The notes under the pieces were generated by a model, which searched no databases, was not told the origin of the DNA, and saw only the letters and a list, made by a program, of their open reading frames with translations. From the NCBI RefSeq assembly GCF_000143415.4, contig NW_003314264.1, forward strand, positions 3,109,710 through 3,173,709: a stretch of 64,000 nt of DNA, in the 5' to 3' direction. Source of the DNA: Selaginella moellendorffii (lineage: Eukaryota; Plantae; Lycopodiophyta). How positions within the stretch are numbered: position 1 is the stretch's first letter; every line of letters starts with the position of its first letter. The position numbers were made by a program, and so were the translations under genes. Positions 60,801 to 64,000 of this stretch are shown one piece after another.

Positions 60801-61945
60801 AAAAAACGGGAATCTCATCATCTCTCACACATTCCCTTCACTGGAGAGGTTGCTTTCGCAGCAGATTGCCCCCAATCCATTCCCGAGCACACCAAGAAGG
60901 ACCATTTAATCAACAAATCGACCCATTCCAATCAAATATCTCGCACTCGCAAAGGTAGAGCTACCAGATATTTATGCTTCATTCTCTCTGAAAAATAACC
61001 AGTAAAATGAAAGAGAAATTTTTTTTTCTCTCTCGCGAGAAAGAGCTACCGAGCTCTGGACGCCCGCCAGAGCAAATTGCTAGCTATGCGCGCTGCGCCT
61101 GTTTGTCAAACCGTATGGAAAGCGATAACGGCGAAAGATCAAGCAATTACGCCGCGGCATCTTCCTTTCAACATCAGAAAACACTCTCCCCAGCAGCACC
61201 AAAACATGTTGAGTACGAGCGAGCGAGAGAGAGCACTGCTGGCTACTACTCCAACTTTTACTGCCACCACCTCCACTCTCGCAAGTTTTTATAACTTTTT
61301 AACTGCCTTGATTGGTGAGTTCCTTTCATATCTCTTAGAAAATCCTTTTTGATATTCCGCATGGCAAGCTTTGAACATTATTTTCATCTCTTTTTCTTTA
61401 GTTCTATGTACACCAGTGGAAGCATGGTTTATAAACGAAGCCAAAAAAAACCTCTTCTTGTTCTTGTTCTTGTTCTTGTTCCAGCAAGTTGCAAGTCAGG
61501 ATTATACCACCGGGCATCTGTGTGTTCTTGTCAGTCATTCTTTCATTGTCTCTCACCAGTACACAGCTGCCAAAGGTTGGAAGGAGAAAAGAAAAAGAGA
61601 AAAAAGAGAGAAAAATTTCCTCCTCCCTCTCCTTCCCAAACTTATCCCAAGTCTGCTTCAATCCAAATCCTTCTGGAAGTTCTGATGGACGGAGCCACAA
61701 CCAGTAGTACTTCGGTGCTGTGCACTAGAACTTTGCCTTCCCGTGTCCGCACTGTGCGTCGTTTGATCCGCATTGGGTGTTTCTTGTTGTGTTCCCTGTA
61801 CTACTCCGGGAGCTTGGGCACTTAAATACTACGAATTCCATCACCTGGGTGTTGTGGCCTCCTCTCTTGCCAACTTGGCGTAAAAAACGACTTGAAAGGA
61901 CGAATAACTCGTACTCTGGCGTCGACCGAATGGATCACTCGTTCG

Positions 61946-64000
61946 TTATTGCTGCTGCTGTTGCTTGGCCCTGTTGGTGGAAACAAGCTTGTGTACCAGG
62001 CTATATTCCTTGCTTATATCCTCTGCGATCATCTGTGCATCTTTGGAGCCTCCAAAGATCCCCTTCCTGGACAGTCCAGCAACGTAGAGTCCCCGCTCTC
62101 CTTTCCACCCGCACCGCGGGAATCCATCGGCACTGAACGAGTTGCCTACTTCTCCCTGGAATAAGAGAGAAAAACGCCACGGGTCAGTCGCTGTGACAAG
62201 AAAATCTAAGTGAAATGGCGATGCGACGATCAAGCACTCAAGCCGAGCTTTTAAAACAGCAAGCTAGGCAGCTAGATGGCAACCTTAAACTTCGCAACTT
62301 GCAAGCTGTACCACACAAAATGGAAAAAGAGGGCCAGGCAAAAAGGCTAGGAACAAAACCAAGAAAAAAAGAAAGAAACTCAACAACAACATACCAGAAA
62401 ATACAACGCATTCCTCATTTCATGGGCAAACTTATCTGCAATCTGAGCTTCATACTACATGCGCACATCAACATCCCAACAACACTTCAACTCCAACACT
62501 GATGCTACAACCACCATTCCCATGAACAGCTCTGGACCATATTCACTCGCCATGCTGTGAATTCCCTCTCACAATTTCACCATTTCTTTTCGCTCTTTTT
62601 GTGAAATCTTTCCCCACTCCAGATGATAATTCAAAGTCAACCAAGCAACCCCAGCAAAGCAGCGAGATCACCAAGCAAGCCCAGCAAAAAACCAGGAGAT
62701 GCAAAGAACAATCCAGTGGAGCAAGCGAAGATGGAGGAATGGAGAAGCATTGCGTGGGAAGAGTTTCCAGAGGATTTTAAAGTACCTTGAGCCACTGAGG
62801 AACGTTGCTCTTGTAGCCGGTCGCAAAGATGATAGCGTCGTAATCGCCTTGTTGGCCATCAGAGAACCTCGCGGAGCACGACGATAGCGATTCCAAGCTC
62901 GGCCTCACCTGGATTGACAAGCATCCAAAGAAAAATGTTAGAATCCAATCTACCATGAAAGAAAAAAGAAAATGTCTTCTTTAAGGAGGACTACTGCATG
63001 TACCTTGATTTTTCCAGCTTTGATCTTGGACAAGGTCCCAACGTCAAGCACCGGAGTTCTTCCCGTCTTGACCTTCATCTCCATGGGACCGACGTCGGGC
63101 CGCCGGATGCCATGCCGCGCGGTGCTGCCCAGCGCCGCAATTGCGTACGACACGAGAAGGCGGTCCGCCAGCCACACAGGCAAATGCTTGAGCAGCTTCA
63201 TGGCCACCGAGTACGTCGAGAATCCAAGCATCTCCCTGGGAAGGATGTGCACCTGGAAGAAGAACAAAAAGAGAACTTTCGATGAGACAACCATCCATGA
63301 CGATCGGGAAAGAAGAAAGAAGAAGAAGAGGAAGGAATTTGATCTAGAGCTTTCAGAGAAGAGAGAACTCACCGGACTTCTCACGACAATTGCTGGCTTG
63401 GCATTGTGCTGGACCAGGTCGAGCGCAATCTCCATGCCGGAATTGCCCGAGCCGACGACGAGGACGCTCTTGCCCGCGTAGTCGCAGCCATTCTTAAACT
63501 CTGATGAGTGCTTGACGGATCCCCGAAAGGAAGCAAGGCCGGGGAGGTCCCATGGCAGCAGCGGCTCCGCGTTCTCGCCCGACGCCACCACCAGCCATCG
63601 CCCAACGTACTCGCGCGCCTGGCGCTCGCGATCGCCCTCGCCCGACTCCCTGATGGTGCGCACCCGCCACAGCCCCAATCGCGGATCGAACACGGCCGAC
63701 TGCACGCACTCGTGGAATCGGGCCCGGATCTGGAAGTGAGCCGCGTAATTTTCGAGGTAGTCCACGAACTGGGTGCGCGTGGGATAGATTGGGAAGCTGT
63801 CCGGGAAGGGCGACATCGGGAGCTCGCAGAACTGCTTGGGGATGTGGAGGCGGAGGCGATCGTAGGTGCGGTTCTGCCACAGGGATCCAATGCAACTGTT
63901 CTTCTCCAGGATCACGGAGGAGCCGATCCCCGCGGCGCTCAGGCACGCCGCGGTCGCCAGCCCCGATGGCCCGGCTCCCACGATGATGGCGCCGTCCACC
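61946..64000 (-). CDS. YUC: YUCCA flavin monooxygenase, 4 exons, 5' end beyond window
   Basis: GAGPSGLA (FAD), TYDRLRLH.PKQFCELP, WLVVASGENAEP, GSGNSGME (NADPH), ATGYKSNV, GLYVAGLSRKG. Confidence 0.93.

Noticed and set aside
1-64000. tRNA, rRNA, snoRNA or conserved miRNA (156/160/166/171/319/408) loci
   Set aside because: None recognised by eye; covariance-model and miRBase searches are needed to exclude them

Overview
Eukaryotic land-plant genomic DNA with very short GT-AG introns (about 50-70 nt) and tight gene packing. This is consistent with a compact lycophyte genome such as Selaginella (inference from architecture, not searched). 1-32 kb is gene-dense: kinesin-10, a spliced metallothionein, F-box/WD40, L-type LecRK, ARP7, COP1, a decayed tandem duplicate of that block, an F-box pseudogene, SGF11, a P-class PPR, two IDM1-like PHD/GNAT genes, a stray GATA finger and a HAN-type GATA factor. 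32-37 kb is non-coding. 37-48 kb is AT-rich TE/pseudogene debris: a gypsy RT remnant, a solo LTR with TSD, and aspartic protease, CTD-phosphatase and PPR relics. 48-58 kb holds a second metallothionein, RsmE, a small coiled-coil membrane protein, PPR relics and SAS10. A YUCCA gene runs off the right edge. Highlights: two metallothioneins absent from the ORF track (one a His-less Ec-like form), a duplicated LecRK truncated into a candidate secreted lectin, a same-strand gene chain with 25-64 nt spacers, a GATA finger module behind an IDM1 paralog, and an aspartic protease split by a 2.8 kb insertion carrying host-gene fragments. All exon structures were read by eye.
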